Positions 1-8,183 of a stretch of DNA of 32,000 nt are shown piece after piece. Each line of letters begins with the position of its first letter. The stretch's first letter is position 1. A program made the translations under genes and the position numbers. The DNA lies in NCBI RefSeq assembly GCF_001598795.1, contig NZ_BCZP01000004.1:300001-332000 (forward strand). Reading direction: 5' to 3'. The notes beneath the pieces are model-generated. The model had not been told where the DNA came from. It was given only the letters and a program-made list of their open reading frames with translations, and did not search any database. This DNA is from Delftia acidovorans NBRC 14950. Its GTDB lineage: Bacteria > Pseudomonadota > Gammaproteobacteria > Burkholderiales > Burkholderiaceae_C.

Positions 1-187
1 TGACGATCTCTTCGCAGGGCGCTGCCACGCCGGGCGAGTAGGCCAGGGCCAGGTCATGCTGGTTGGCCATGGGCTTGGTCGGCACGATGGTCAACTTGCC
101 GGGCTTGGGAAACTCGTGGTATTCGAGTGCGGCACGGCGCAGCTGGGCACGTTTATCGGAAGGGGTCGGGGCCGTGTTGTCGGACAT
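1..187 (-). CDS. maeB: NADP-dependent malic enzyme, N-terminal ~62 codons only (gene runs off the left edge)
   Basis: Reverse-strand ATG at 187-185. My translation is MSDNTAPTPSDKRAQLRRAALEYHEFPKPGKLTIVPTKPMANQHDLALAYSPGVAAPCEEIV, which carries the malic-enzyme N-terminal signature (EYHEFP-PGK, PTKP, DLALAYSPGVAAPC). It is absent from the ORF track because it has no in-window stop. Confidence 0.8.
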   Translation of the reverse strand, partial: MSDNTAPTPSDKRAQLRRAALEYHEFPKPGKLTIVPTKPMANQHDLALAYSPGVAAPCEEIV

Positions 188-395
188 CAAGCGTCTCCAG
201 CGAAGGCATGGCCAACGCACGCGCGGATCAGCCCGCGTGCCGTCGGCCGAGGTAGGGGGGAACCGATTGTAGGCCGACAGGCAATAGCCGGGCCCTGCTG
301 TGAAACTGTTGTGATGCCTGGTTGCCCAATGCCCCGCAGCGGCGGCGGTCTTTGCTTGCGCGCCGCCGCAAAGCCGGGCAATCACCTGGCATCCA

Positions 396-1862
396 TCAGA
401 TGGCGTCCAGCGGAAACACCGGGCGGCTGACCCGGGCGAACGGAAAGCGCGAATAGTCCGAGGTGGTCACGCCGGGGCTGTCGCACTCGACCAGGCCGGC
501 GGACAGCGGCACGAAGACGGGTCGGCAGTACATGCGCGACTTGAGCAGCACGAAGCGAAAGCGCGTCGGGTCCATGCCCACGCAGTGGAACACGCCCAGG
601 TCCCAGGGCTCGTGCGTCTGCTCGGTGATCACGATCTGCGCTGCGCCCGTGTCCAGGCAGACCGTGCGGCCCATGTGGCAGCGCTGGCCCGTGTAGATGG
701 GGCCGCTGACCGTGTATGCGCCGTCGCTGACGGCGCGCACCGTGCCGCGCAGCCGCATCGGCTGCTTGTGCAGGCCGATGCGTTCCAGCGAGACCTTGTT
801 GCCCAGCGCGATCTCCACCTCGGCGCCTTCGCCGGCCGCCGTGAGCGAGGCCACGGCTTCGGGGTCGCACAGCGGGCCCACGGCAATGCCTGACAGGCCC
901 AGCTCCAGCGCGGTCTGCAGCACGTCCATGGTGTCGCAGGTGCCGCCGGACATGCAGTTGTCGCCATGGTCGAGCAGCAGCACGGGGCGGTCGGCGCCTT
1001 CGGCCAGGGCCTGGGCGCGGCGCAGCGAATCGGCCAGCGGCTCGCTGCGGTAGATGAAGTCGGCCCGGCGCTGCCAGATCCGGGCGGCCAGCGCGTCCAC
1101 GCTCGCCTGGGTGGCCGCGCGCTCATCGGTCCTGCAGGTGGCGACCACGCTCACGCAGGGCGCGGCGATGTCGGCCAGCGAGAAGCCGCCGAACACCGAG
1201 ACCGCCGGCAGGCCCTCCGCTTCCAGGGCGCGCGCTGCGTTCACGGCGTCCAGCATGGGGCCGTCCAGCGTGGTGCTGCGCAGCGTGTGGCTCATCAGGG
1301 GCAGGCGGTGCCAGCACACGGCGTAGCGCGCGCGGCCGGCCAGCATGTCCAGCAGCAGCCGGCCCGCGTGCTCGCCGGTCTCGTACATGTCGATGTGCGG
1401 GTAGGTCTTGAAGCCCACCATCACGTCGGCATTTCCCACCATTTTTTCGGTGATGTTGCCGTGCAGGTCCAGCGCCACGCCAACGGGCACGCCGGGTGCG
1501 GCGGCGCGCACGCGTTCGAGCAGGTCGCCTTCGCCGTCGGCGCTGTTCTCGGCCACCATGGCGCCGTGCAGGTCCAGCAAGATGGCATCGCAGCCCGGCG
1601 CGGCCGCCACGATGCGGCGCGTGAGTTCGTCGTAGGCGGCCGCATGCACGGGGCCGCTGGGATTGGATGTGGCCGATACCGGCGTGACCAGGGTGGCGCC
1701 CGCCGCCTCGGCCAGGTCGATGAAGGCGGCCATGGCCGTGCGCATGCCCTTGTTGGCCGAATAGGCGGCCTCGCCATAGGTGGGCGCAAAGGCCTCGATG
1801 GGCGTGGGCACGGGCGAGAAGGTATTGGTCTCGTGGTTGAGCCGGGCAATCAGGATCTTCAT
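396..1862 (-). CDS. M81 family metallopeptidase, MlrC-like (microcystinase C homolog), 488 aa
   Basis: ORF-track protein starts MKILIARLNHETNTFSPVPT, the typical MlrC/DUF1485 N-terminus. Full-length ORF with high GC3. Its ATG overlaps the stop of the upstream M20 gene (ATGA at 1859-1862). Confidence 0.85.
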   Translation of the reverse strand: MKILIARLNHETNTFSPVPTPIEAFAPTYGEAAYSANKGMRTAMAAFIDLAEAAGATLVTPVSATSNPSGPVHAAAYDELTRRIVAAAPGCDAILLDLHGAMVAENSADGEGDLLERVRAAAPGVPVGVALDLHGNITEKMVGNADVMVGFKTYPHIDMYETGEHAGRLLLDMLAGRARYAVCWHRLPLMSHTLRSTTLDGPMLDAVNAARALEAEGLPAVSVFGGFSLADIAAPCVSVVATCRTDERAATQASVDALAARIWQRRADFIYRSEPLADSLRRAQALAEGADRPVLLLDHGDNCMSGGTCDTMDVLQTALELGLSGIAVGPLCDPEAVASLTAAGEGAEVEIALGNKVSLERIGLHKQPMRLRGTVRAVSDGAYTVSGPIYTGQRCHMGRTVCLDTGAAQIVITEQTHEPWDLGVFHCVGMDPTRFRFVLLKSRMYCRPVFVPLSAGLVECDSPGVTTSDYSRFPFARVSRPVFPLDAI

Positions 1863-3154
1863 GCCGGCACCCCGCCGTCCGCTGCCTGCACCACGCCCGC
1901 GGCCGCCAGCATGGCGCGCAGCAGCACGTTGCAGCCGGCCTCCAGGTGGGCGGGCTCGGCGTCCTCGATCTCGTTGTGGCTGATGCCGTCGGCGCAGGGC
2001 ACGAAGATCATGGCGGCAGGCGCCACGCGCGCCAGGTAGACGGCATCGTGGCCCGCGCCGCTGACCACGTCCATGGCGCTGTAGCCCAGGTCGGCGGCAT
2101 TGGTGCGCACGGCCTCCACCAGGTGTGGCGTGAAGGGCTGGGGCGGGAAGTAGACGACCTGCTCCACGCCAATGGTCACGCCACGTGCGGCGGCAATGCG
2201 CTCGCAGGCCGCGCGCAGTGCGGCATCCATGTCCAGCAACTGGCCGTCGTCCGGCGCGCGCAGGTCCACGCTGAGCTTGACGCCGCCCGGGATCACGTTG
2301 CGCGAGTTGGGAAACACCTCCAGCGATCCCACGGTGCCGCGCGCATGCGGCAGGCGGTCCAGGGCGATGCGGTTGACCTCGGCCACGATACAGCTGGCGG
2401 CCAGCAGGGCGTCGTGGCGCAGCTCCATGGGCGTGGGGCCGGCATGGGCCTCCATGCCCTGCACGCTGACGTCGTACCAGCGCTGGCCCAGCGCGGCGCT
2501 GACCACGCCGATCACGCGTTCATGGTTTTCCAGCACCGGGCCCTGCTCGATATGGGCTTCGAAATACGCGCCCACCGCAGGCGCCGGGCCGGCCGGACCG
2601 GCATAGCCGATGGCGCGCAGCGCCTCGTCCACGCTCACGCCCTGGGCATCGCGCTGGGCCAGCGCATGCTCCAGCGTGAAGGCATTGACGAACACGCCCG
2701 AGCCCATCATCACGGGCACGAAGCGCGAGCCTTCCTCGTTGGTCCACACGGCCACTTCCACCGGGGCACGCGTGCGCACGCCGCCATCGTTGAGCGTGCG
2801 CAGCACCTCCAGCCCGGCCAGCACGCCGTAGTTGCCGTCGAACTTGCCGCCTGTGGGCTGGGTGTCGATGTGGCTGCCCGTCATCACGGGCGGCAGCGCA
2901 TCATCCAGGCCCGCGCGCCGCGCGAAGATGTTGCCGATGGCATCGACGCGGATGCTGCAGCCGGCCTCGCGCGCCCACTGCACGAAGAGATCGCGCCCCT
3001 GGCGGTCCAGGTCCGTCAGCGCCAGGCGGCACACGCCGCCCTTGGGTGTGGCGCCTATGCGCGCCAGGTCCATCAGCGATTGCCACAGGCGGGCGCCGTC
3101 GGTGCGCAGCCCGGCCGCAACGGCGGTGGCTGCAAAAGGGGTACTGAGATCCAT
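1859..3154 (-). CDS. M20 family Zn-dependent amidohydrolase of the hydantoinase/carbamoylase (allantoate amidohydrolase / N-carbamoyl-amino-acid / beta-ureidopropionase type) group, 431 aa
   Basis: Protein contains the family pattern L..L..IG....GG..RLALTD.D..GR, AIGN, and TGSHIDTQPTGGKFDGNYGVLAGLEVLRTL. AGGAG Shine-Dalgarno lies 7 nt upstream of the ATG at 3154. Confidence 0.85.
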   Translation of the reverse strand: MDLSTPFAATAVAAGLRTDGARLWQSLMDLARIGATPKGGVCRLALTDLDRQGRDLFVQWAREAGCSIRVDAIGNIFARRAGLDDALPPVMTGSHIDTQPTGGKFDGNYGVLAGLEVLRTLNDGGVRTRAPVEVAVWTNEEGSRFVPVMMGSGVFVNAFTLEHALAQRDAQGVSVDEALRAIGYAGPAGPAPAVGAYFEAHIEQGPVLENHERVIGVVSAALGQRWYDVSVQGMEAHAGPTPMELRHDALLAASCIVAEVNRIALDRLPHARGTVGSLEVFPNSRNVIPGGVKLSVDLRAPDDGQLLDMDAALRAACERIAAARGVTIGVEQVVYFPPQPFTPHLVEAVRTNAADLGYSAMDVVSGAGHDAVYLARVAPAAMIFVPCADGISHNEIEDAEPAHLEAGCNVLLRAMLAAAGVVQAADGGVPA

Positions 3155-3186
3155 GAATGACTCCTGGGAATGCGAAAGGCGGTGGA

Positions 3187-3897
3187 TCAGGCGATCCCTA
3201 CACCGAGATATCGGTCCTTGATGGCGTCATCGGCCAGGAAAGCGGCATTGCCTGCCTCGTGCGCAATCGCACCCTGTTCGATGATGTAGTGGCGGTCGGC
3301 CAGCTGGGTGCAGACCTCCAGGTTCTGCTCCACCAGCAAGATCGCCACGCCAGCGGCCTTGATGGTCTTGAGCTGGGCCACGATCTCCTCCACGATCACG
3401 GGCGCCAGGCCCTCGACGGGCTCGTCCAGCATGAGCAGGCGCGGCGCGTTCATCAGGGCGCGGCCTATGGCCAGCATCTGCTGCTCGCCGCCCGACAGCT
3501 GGCCGCCGCCGTTGCCGCGCCGCTCCTTGAGGCGCGGGAAGATGCGGTAGATGTCGGCCAGTTGCCAGGGCGAGCGTTTGCGCTGGCCCAGCAGCAGGTT
3601 CTCCTCCACCGTGAGCAGCTTGAAGATGCCGCGGTGCTCTGGCACCAGGCAGATGCCGCGCTGGGCCACCTGGTGCGTGGCCAGCCGGTGCACGGGCTCG
3701 CCGCCGAAGCGGATCTGCCCCTGCGAGGGCTGCATCACCCCCGCGATGGACTTGAGCGTGGTGGTCTTGCCCGCGCCGTTGCGGCCCAGCAGCGTGACCA
3801 GTTCGCCGTCCTGCACCTGCAGCGACACGCCCTGCAGCACATGGCTCTTGCCGTAGTGGGCGTGTATGCCCTCGACCGAAAGCAGGGGACCGCTCAT
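3187..3897 (-). CDS. livF: Branched-chain amino acid type ABC transporter, ATP-binding protein (LivF-like), 236 aa
   Basis: Walker A GRNGAGKTTT, ABC signature LSGGEQQML, Walker B LLMLDEP. Start overlaps the stop of the upstream ATPase gene (3894-3897). Confidence 0.9.
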   Translation of the reverse strand: MSGPLLSVEGIHAHYGKSHVLQGVSLQVQDGELVTLLGRNGAGKTTTLKSIAGVMQPSQGQIRFGGEPVHRLATHQVAQRGICLVPEHRGIFKLLTVEENLLLGQRKRSPWQLADIYRIFPRLKERRGNGGGQLSGGEQQMLAIGRALMNAPRLLMLDEPVEGLAPVIVEEIVAQLKTIKAAGVAILLVEQNLEVCTQLADRHYIIEQGAIAHEAGNAAFLADDAIKDRYLGVGIA

Positions 3898-4673
3898 GCC
3901 TTTCCTCCCGTGATCATGTTGCCCAGATAGGCGCTGCGCACGCGCTCGTCGGCGCGGATCTCGTGGGGCAGTCCTTCGGCCAGCACGCGGCCTTGCTGCA
4001 TGACGGTGATGGTGTCGGAGATGTCCATGACGATGTTCATGTTGTGCTCGATGAGGACCACGGTGTGCTCGTCCCTGAGGCCCTGGATCAGGCGCTTCAT
4101 CTCGTCCAGGTCGTCGATGCCCATGCCCGAGGTCGGCTCGTCCAGGAAGATGGCCTTGGGCCGTGCGGCCAGGGCCATGCCCACCTCCAGCCGCCGCTGC
4201 TGGCCATGCGAGAGGTTGCCGGCCGGCGTGTCCGCATGGCGCTCCAGGCCCAGGCGCGAGAGCACGCTGGCCACGGTATCGGCCAGGGCGCGAGCACCCA
4301 CGGGCGCGTTCCAGCAGTCCAGGGCCCTGGCGGGGGCCACGCCCTGGGCGGCCAGGCGCAGGTTCTCGCGCACGGGCAGGGTCAGGAACAGGCTGGTGAC
4401 CTGAAAGGACCGTGCCATGCCACGGCGCACGCGGCGGTGGTCGGGCTCGCGCGTCACGTCGTGGCCGTCGAAGACGATGCGCCCGCCGCTCACGCTCTTG
4501 GTGCCCGTGAGCATGTGGAACAGCGTGGTCTTGCCCGCGCCGTTGGGGCCGATCACCGAGTGCACGGTGTGGGCGCGGACCTTGAGGTCCACGCCGCCCA
4601 GGGCGACGAACTTGTCATAGCGCTTCTCGACGCCCACGGCCTCGAGCAGGATGGGAGATGCTGCGGCGCTCAT
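3894..4673 (-). CDS. livG: Branched-chain amino acid type ABC transporter, ATP-binding protein (LivG-like), 259 aa
   Basis: The real start is the internal MSAAASPILLEAVGVEKRYDKF...GPNGAGKTTLF of track ORF 3894..5693. ATG at 4673-4671 overlaps the permease stop (ATGA). The upstream 340 codons of the track ORF are an out-of-frame read-through of livM. Confidence 0.9.
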   Translation of the reverse strand: MSAAASPILLEAVGVEKRYDKFVALGGVDLKVRAHTVHSVIGPNGAGKTTLFHMLTGTKSVSGGRIVFDGHDVTREPDHRRVRRGMARSFQVTSLFLTLPVRENLRLAAQGVAPARALDCWNAPVGARALADTVASVLSRLGLERHADTPAGNLSHGQQRRLEVGMALAARPKAIFLDEPTSGMGIDDLDEMKRLIQGLRDEHTVVLIEHNMNIVMDISDTITVMQQGRVLAEGLPHEIRADERVRSAYLGNMITGGKA

Positions 4674-5671
4674 GCCTGGCCTCCTTTGGTTTCTGCAGCG
4701 GCCGCCTCGGCATCCGCCGGCCCTTTGCGGCGCACCAGGGCCCACAGGCTCTCGCCCAGGCCCCACAGGCCGCGCTGCAGGCCCAGGCTCACGATCATCA
4801 GCACCACGCCCAGCAGCAGCAGCCAGCGCGGCCACAAGGTGGACAGCCAGTCGCCCAGCAGCACATAGAAGGCCGCGCCCAGCACCGAGGCCAGCAGGTT
4901 GCCCGTGCCGCCGATCACGGTCATCACCAGGATCATTTCGCTGGTGTGGTACTCGGCGTTGGACAGCGGGGCGATGCCCGTCATCATGGCGTGCAGCGCG
5001 CCGGCCAGGCCCGTGACCGCGCCCGAGATCACGAAGGCCTGCAGCTTCAGCAGCCTCAGGTCGTAGCCCACGGCGGCGGCGCGCTCCTCGTTGTCGCGCA
5101 CGGCCAGCAGGGTGCGGCCGAACATGGAGTCGCAGACGCGGCGCAGCAGCCAGAACACCACCAGAAAGAGCACGGCCACAAAGCCGTAGTACTGCCAGGG
5201 CGTGGCCAGCGGCCACAGCGTCTGGCCGGCCACCGCGAGGGCGGGGCGGGGCACATCGAGCAGGCCGTTGTCGCCGCCGGTGATGCCCGTGGCCGAGTAG
5301 GCCAGAAAATAGAACATCTGCGCAAAGGCCAGGGTCAGCATCACGAAGTAGGTGCCACGCTGGCGTATGGCCACCCAGCCGACGATGGCCGCGCCCACGG
5401 CCCCCATGGCCGTGGCGGCCAGCAGGGCCAGCGGCATGGGCAGGGGCCAGCGCGTCAGCAGCAGGGCGATGGTGTAGCTGCCCAGGCCGAAGAAGATGCC
5501 CTGCCCGAAGGACAGCAGCCCCGTGTAGCCCAGCAGCAGATTGCAGCCCATGGCCGCGAGGCCGAAGATCAGCACCTCGCTGGCCAGCGAGCCCGACTGC
5601 ATGCACAGCGGCATGGCGACCACGATGGCCAGCGCGAGAAGGAGATGGGAATGCCTGGTCATGGTCTTCAT
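4670..5671 (-). CDS. livM: Branched-chain amino acid type ABC transporter permease (LivM-like), 333 aa
   Basis: Start MKTMTRHSHLLLALAIVV... inside track ORF 4670..6193. ATG at 5671-5669 overlaps the livH stop (ATGA). Multi-pass hydrophobic protein with the LLGYTGLLSFGQG motif. Confidence 0.85.
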   Translation of the reverse strand: MKTMTRHSHLLLALAIVVAMPLCMQSGSLASEVLIFGLAAMGCNLLLGYTGLLSFGQGIFFGLGSYTIALLLTRWPLPMPLALLAATAMGAVGAAIVGWVAIRQRGTYFVMLTLAFAQMFYFLAYSATGITGGDNGLLDVPRPALAVAGQTLWPLATPWQYYGFVAVLFLVVFWLLRRVCDSMFGRTLLAVRDNEERAAAVGYDLRLLKLQAFVISGAVTGLAGALHAMMTGIAPLSNAEYHTSEMILVMTVIGGTGNLLASVLGAAFYVLLGDWLSTLWPRWLLLLGVVLMIVSLGLQRGLWGLGESLWALVRRKGPADAEAAAAETKGGQA

Positions 5672-6528
5672 CCTTTGCGGCCCAGCAGGCCATGGGGTCG
5701 CAGCAGCAGCACCGCGGCCATGGCCACGTAGATCATCAGGCGCGCGCCCTCGGGCCACAGCGTGCTCATCACGCTTTGCACGATGCCGATCAGCAGGCCG
5801 CCGACCAGGGCGCCGCCGAAGCTGCCCAGCCCGCCCACGACCACGATCACGAAGGCCACGCCCAGCGCCTCCACGCCCATGAAGGGCTCGGCGCCGCGTA
5901 TGGGCGCAGCCAGCACGCCGGCCAGCGCCGCCGTGGCCGCGCCCAGCGCGAACACCAGGCTGAAGATGCGCAGCACGTTCACGCCCAGCAGGGACACCAT
6001 CTCGGTCGATTCGCTGCCCGCGCGCACCGCGCTGCCCAGCCGCGTGCCCTCCAGCAGCCACCACAGCAGCACGGCCAGCACGGCGGTGAAGCCGATCACG
6101 AACAGCCGGTACTTGGGATAGACGAAGCTGCCCCACATCACCACGCCCTGCAGCAGATCGGGCACGGCCACGCTGTCGCCCAGCGGGCCCCATTGCACGA
6201 TCACCAGCTCCTGCACCACCAGGGCCAGGCCCACGGTGACGATGATGTGGAACTCATGCGCCTTGGCATACACATGGCGCAGCATGAGCTTTTCCACCAG
6301 CCAGCCCAGCGCGCCCACGGCCAGCGGCACCACGACCAGGGACAGCCAGAAGCTCATGCCCCAGCGCGTCATCTGGTAGCAGAAATAGGCGCCCAGCAGG
6401 TAGAAGGCACCGTGCGCGAAATTCACGAAACGCAGCAGGCCGAAAACGATGGACAGGCCCACGGCCAACAGGAAATACAGCATGCCTATGCCGATCCCGT
6501 TGATGGTCTGAAGCAGATAGATGCTCAT
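5668..6528 (-). CDS. livH: Branched-chain amino acid type ABC transporter permease (LivH-like), 286 aa
   Basis: MSIYLLQTINGIGIGMLYFLLAVGLSIVFGLLRFVNFAHGAFYLLGAY is a canonical LivH N-terminus. Confidence 0.9.
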   Translation of the reverse strand: MSIYLLQTINGIGIGMLYFLLAVGLSIVFGLLRFVNFAHGAFYLLGAYFCYQMTRWGMSFWLSLVVVPLAVGALGWLVEKLMLRHVYAKAHEFHIIVTVGLALVVQELVIVQWGPLGDSVAVPDLLQGVVMWGSFVYPKYRLFVIGFTAVLAVLLWWLLEGTRLGSAVRAGSESTEMVSLLGVNVLRIFSLVFALGAATAALAGVLAAPIRGAEPFMGVEALGVAFVIVVVGGLGSFGGALVGGLLIGIVQSVMSTLWPEGARLMIYVAMAAVLLLRPHGLLGRKG

Positions 6529-6627
6529 ACAGGGTCCGAAACGATGGACGAAGAAAGCGAAGTGCCCGGTGGCTCTGAAGCACGCCGGTCATGGTGCTGT
6601 GCCTTTGAACTGGCATGGCCCAACCCA

Positions 6628-6722
6628 GGGACACCAAGCAAGGGCCGCCCCGCAGCGAAGGTGTCGTCCCCCTCCGCCGCGAAGCGGGTAGAGAGGGGGA
6701 AGCGGCGCAGCCGCTCAGGGGG
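6628..6722. repeat. REP-like structured intergenic repeat, copy A (inverted copy at 31531-31618)
   Basis: By hand alignment, AGGGACACCaAGCAAGGGCCGCCCCGCAGCGAaGGTGTCGTCCCCC...GCGAAGCG...GAGAGGGGGAAG..GCGCAGC.GCTCAGGGGG matches the reverse complement of 31531-31618 apart from a few substitutions and short indels. It contains a GACACC/GGTGTC stem and a C5/G5-clamped stem. Confidence 0.7.
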
Positions 6723-6733
6723 AGCCTTTCATC

Positions 6734-7939
6734 TCAAATCAGCTTGCAGCCGGTCTGGTCTACGGGCAGGAAGGACTTGCCGGAGCTGACCACATCCACG
6801 TAGTCGTCCTTGTTCTTCATCTTGGACTTGGCCTTGCCCTTGAGCAAGTAGTAGCTCTTGAGCACCTGGTGGTCGGCCTTGCGCACTTCTTCCTCGCCCG
6901 TCAGGCCCTGGTACTTCATGCCTTCCAGCGCGGCGACAACGGCCTTGGGGTCGGCCGTGCCGGCCTTGATGATGGCGTCGATCATCAGCTTGGTGCAGAT
7001 GTAGTGGCCGGCCAGGCTGTAGTTGGGATTGGCCTTGAACTTGTCGTTGCAGCGCTGCACCAGGTCGCGGTTGAGCGGCGTGTCCACCGTGTGCCAGTAC
7101 TGGGCGCCGAAGTACACGCCGTCGCACAGGTCGGCGCCCAGCGATTCGAACTGCTCCAGCCCCGAGGCCCAGGCGATCAGGATGGTCATGTTCTTGTTCA
7201 TGCCGAAGCTGATGGCCTGGCGCAGCGTGTCCGAGGACTGGGCGCCGAAGTTCAGCAGCAGCAGCACGTCGGGCTTGGCGGCCACGGCATTGGTCAGGTA
7301 GCCGCTGAACTCCTTTTCGGTCAGCGAGTGGTAGCTGTTGCCCACATGCTCGATGCCCTTTTCCTTGAAGATGTTCTTGGCCGCCGTCAGCAGGCCGTCG
7401 CCGAACACGTACTGCGGCGTGATGGTGTACCAGCGCTTGGCCTTGGGCAGGGATTCGACCAGCGGGCGCACGGTCTGCTCGATGGCGCCGAAGGTGGGCG
7501 CCGACCAGCGGAAGGTGGCGCTGTTGCAGTCCTTGCCCGTGATCTCGTCGGCGCCTGCGGTGGTGATGAAGATGCCGCCGGCCTTCTCGGCCTCCTTGCC
7601 CATGGCCAGCGCCTCCGACGACAGGATGCCGCCTGCGAAGAAGCGCGTGCCCTGCTGCTGCGAAGACTCCTGCAGCTTGCGCACGGCCGTGGCGGGCTTG
7701 CCCTCGGTGTCCAGCACGGTGTAGGCCAGCGGGCGGCCCAGCGCCTTGCCGTACTGCTCGATGGCCAGCTTCATGCCCAGGTCCGCATACTTTCCGTTGG
7801 CCGCGAAGGCGCCCGACATGGGCACGGGGCAGGCGAACTGGATGCTGTCCTTGGACTGTGCCCAGACGCTGCGGCCCAGGCCCAGCGATGCGGGCAATGC
7901 GCCCAGTGCCGAGAGTTGCAGGAGGTGACGACGTTGCAT
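6734..7939 (-). CDS. ABC transporter periplasmic substrate-binding protein, Leu/Ile/Val-binding (LivK/type-1 PBP) family, 401 aa
   Basis: N-terminal signal MQRRHLLQLSALGALPASLGLGRSVWAQS followed by the mature PBP1 pattern (IQFACPVPMSGAFAANGKY). GGAG Shine-Dalgarno upstream. First gene of the operon. Confidence 0.9.
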   Translation of the reverse strand: MQRRHLLQLSALGALPASLGLGRSVWAQSKDSIQFACPVPMSGAFAANGKYADLGMKLAIEQYGKALGRPLAYTVLDTEGKPATAVRKLQESSQQQGTRFFAGGILSSEALAMGKEAEKAGGIFITTAGADEITGKDCNSATFRWSAPTFGAIEQTVRPLVESLPKAKRWYTITPQYVFGDGLLTAAKNIFKEKGIEHVGNSYHSLTEKEFSGYLTNAVAAKPDVLLLLNFGAQSSDTLRQAISFGMNKNMTILIAWASGLEQFESLGADLCDGVYFGAQYWHTVDTPLNRDLVQRCNDKFKANPNYSLAGHYICTKLMIDAIIKAGTADPKAVVAALEGMKYQGLTGEEEVRKADHQVLKSYYLLKGKAKSKMKNKDDYVDVVSSGKSFLPVDQTGCKLI

Positions 7940-8040
7940 GGGATCTCCGTGATGGGGACTGAAGGCGCGGCGGCCCGGGTACGCTTTTCAGAGCAAGTTG
8001 CATGCCAGTCGAAATGGGTGCGTGCAGGCTCCTTGATTCA

Positions 8041-8058
8041 TATTTATAGTGATAAATA
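8041..8058. promoter_or_regulatory. Candidate operator: perfect palindrome TATTTAT-AGTG-ATAAATA in the divergent promoter region
   Basis: This is the only strongly AT-rich patch (about 8030-8075) in the 244-bp gap between the ABC operon and the GntR gene. It has 7-bp perfect inverted arms with a 4-bp spacer. TTGATT lies at 8033-8038 and TATAGT at 8045-8050. Confidence 0.3.
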
Positions 8059-8183
8059 GAAGAAATAGGGCGCGTGCTAACCCTAGGCGGGCACGGCCAC
8101 GCGCCATGGCGGTGCATACTGCACCAAACCCGCATGCAGACTGGGCGCGGACACGATCCGGTGCCCTTCCGGAGAACACAACA

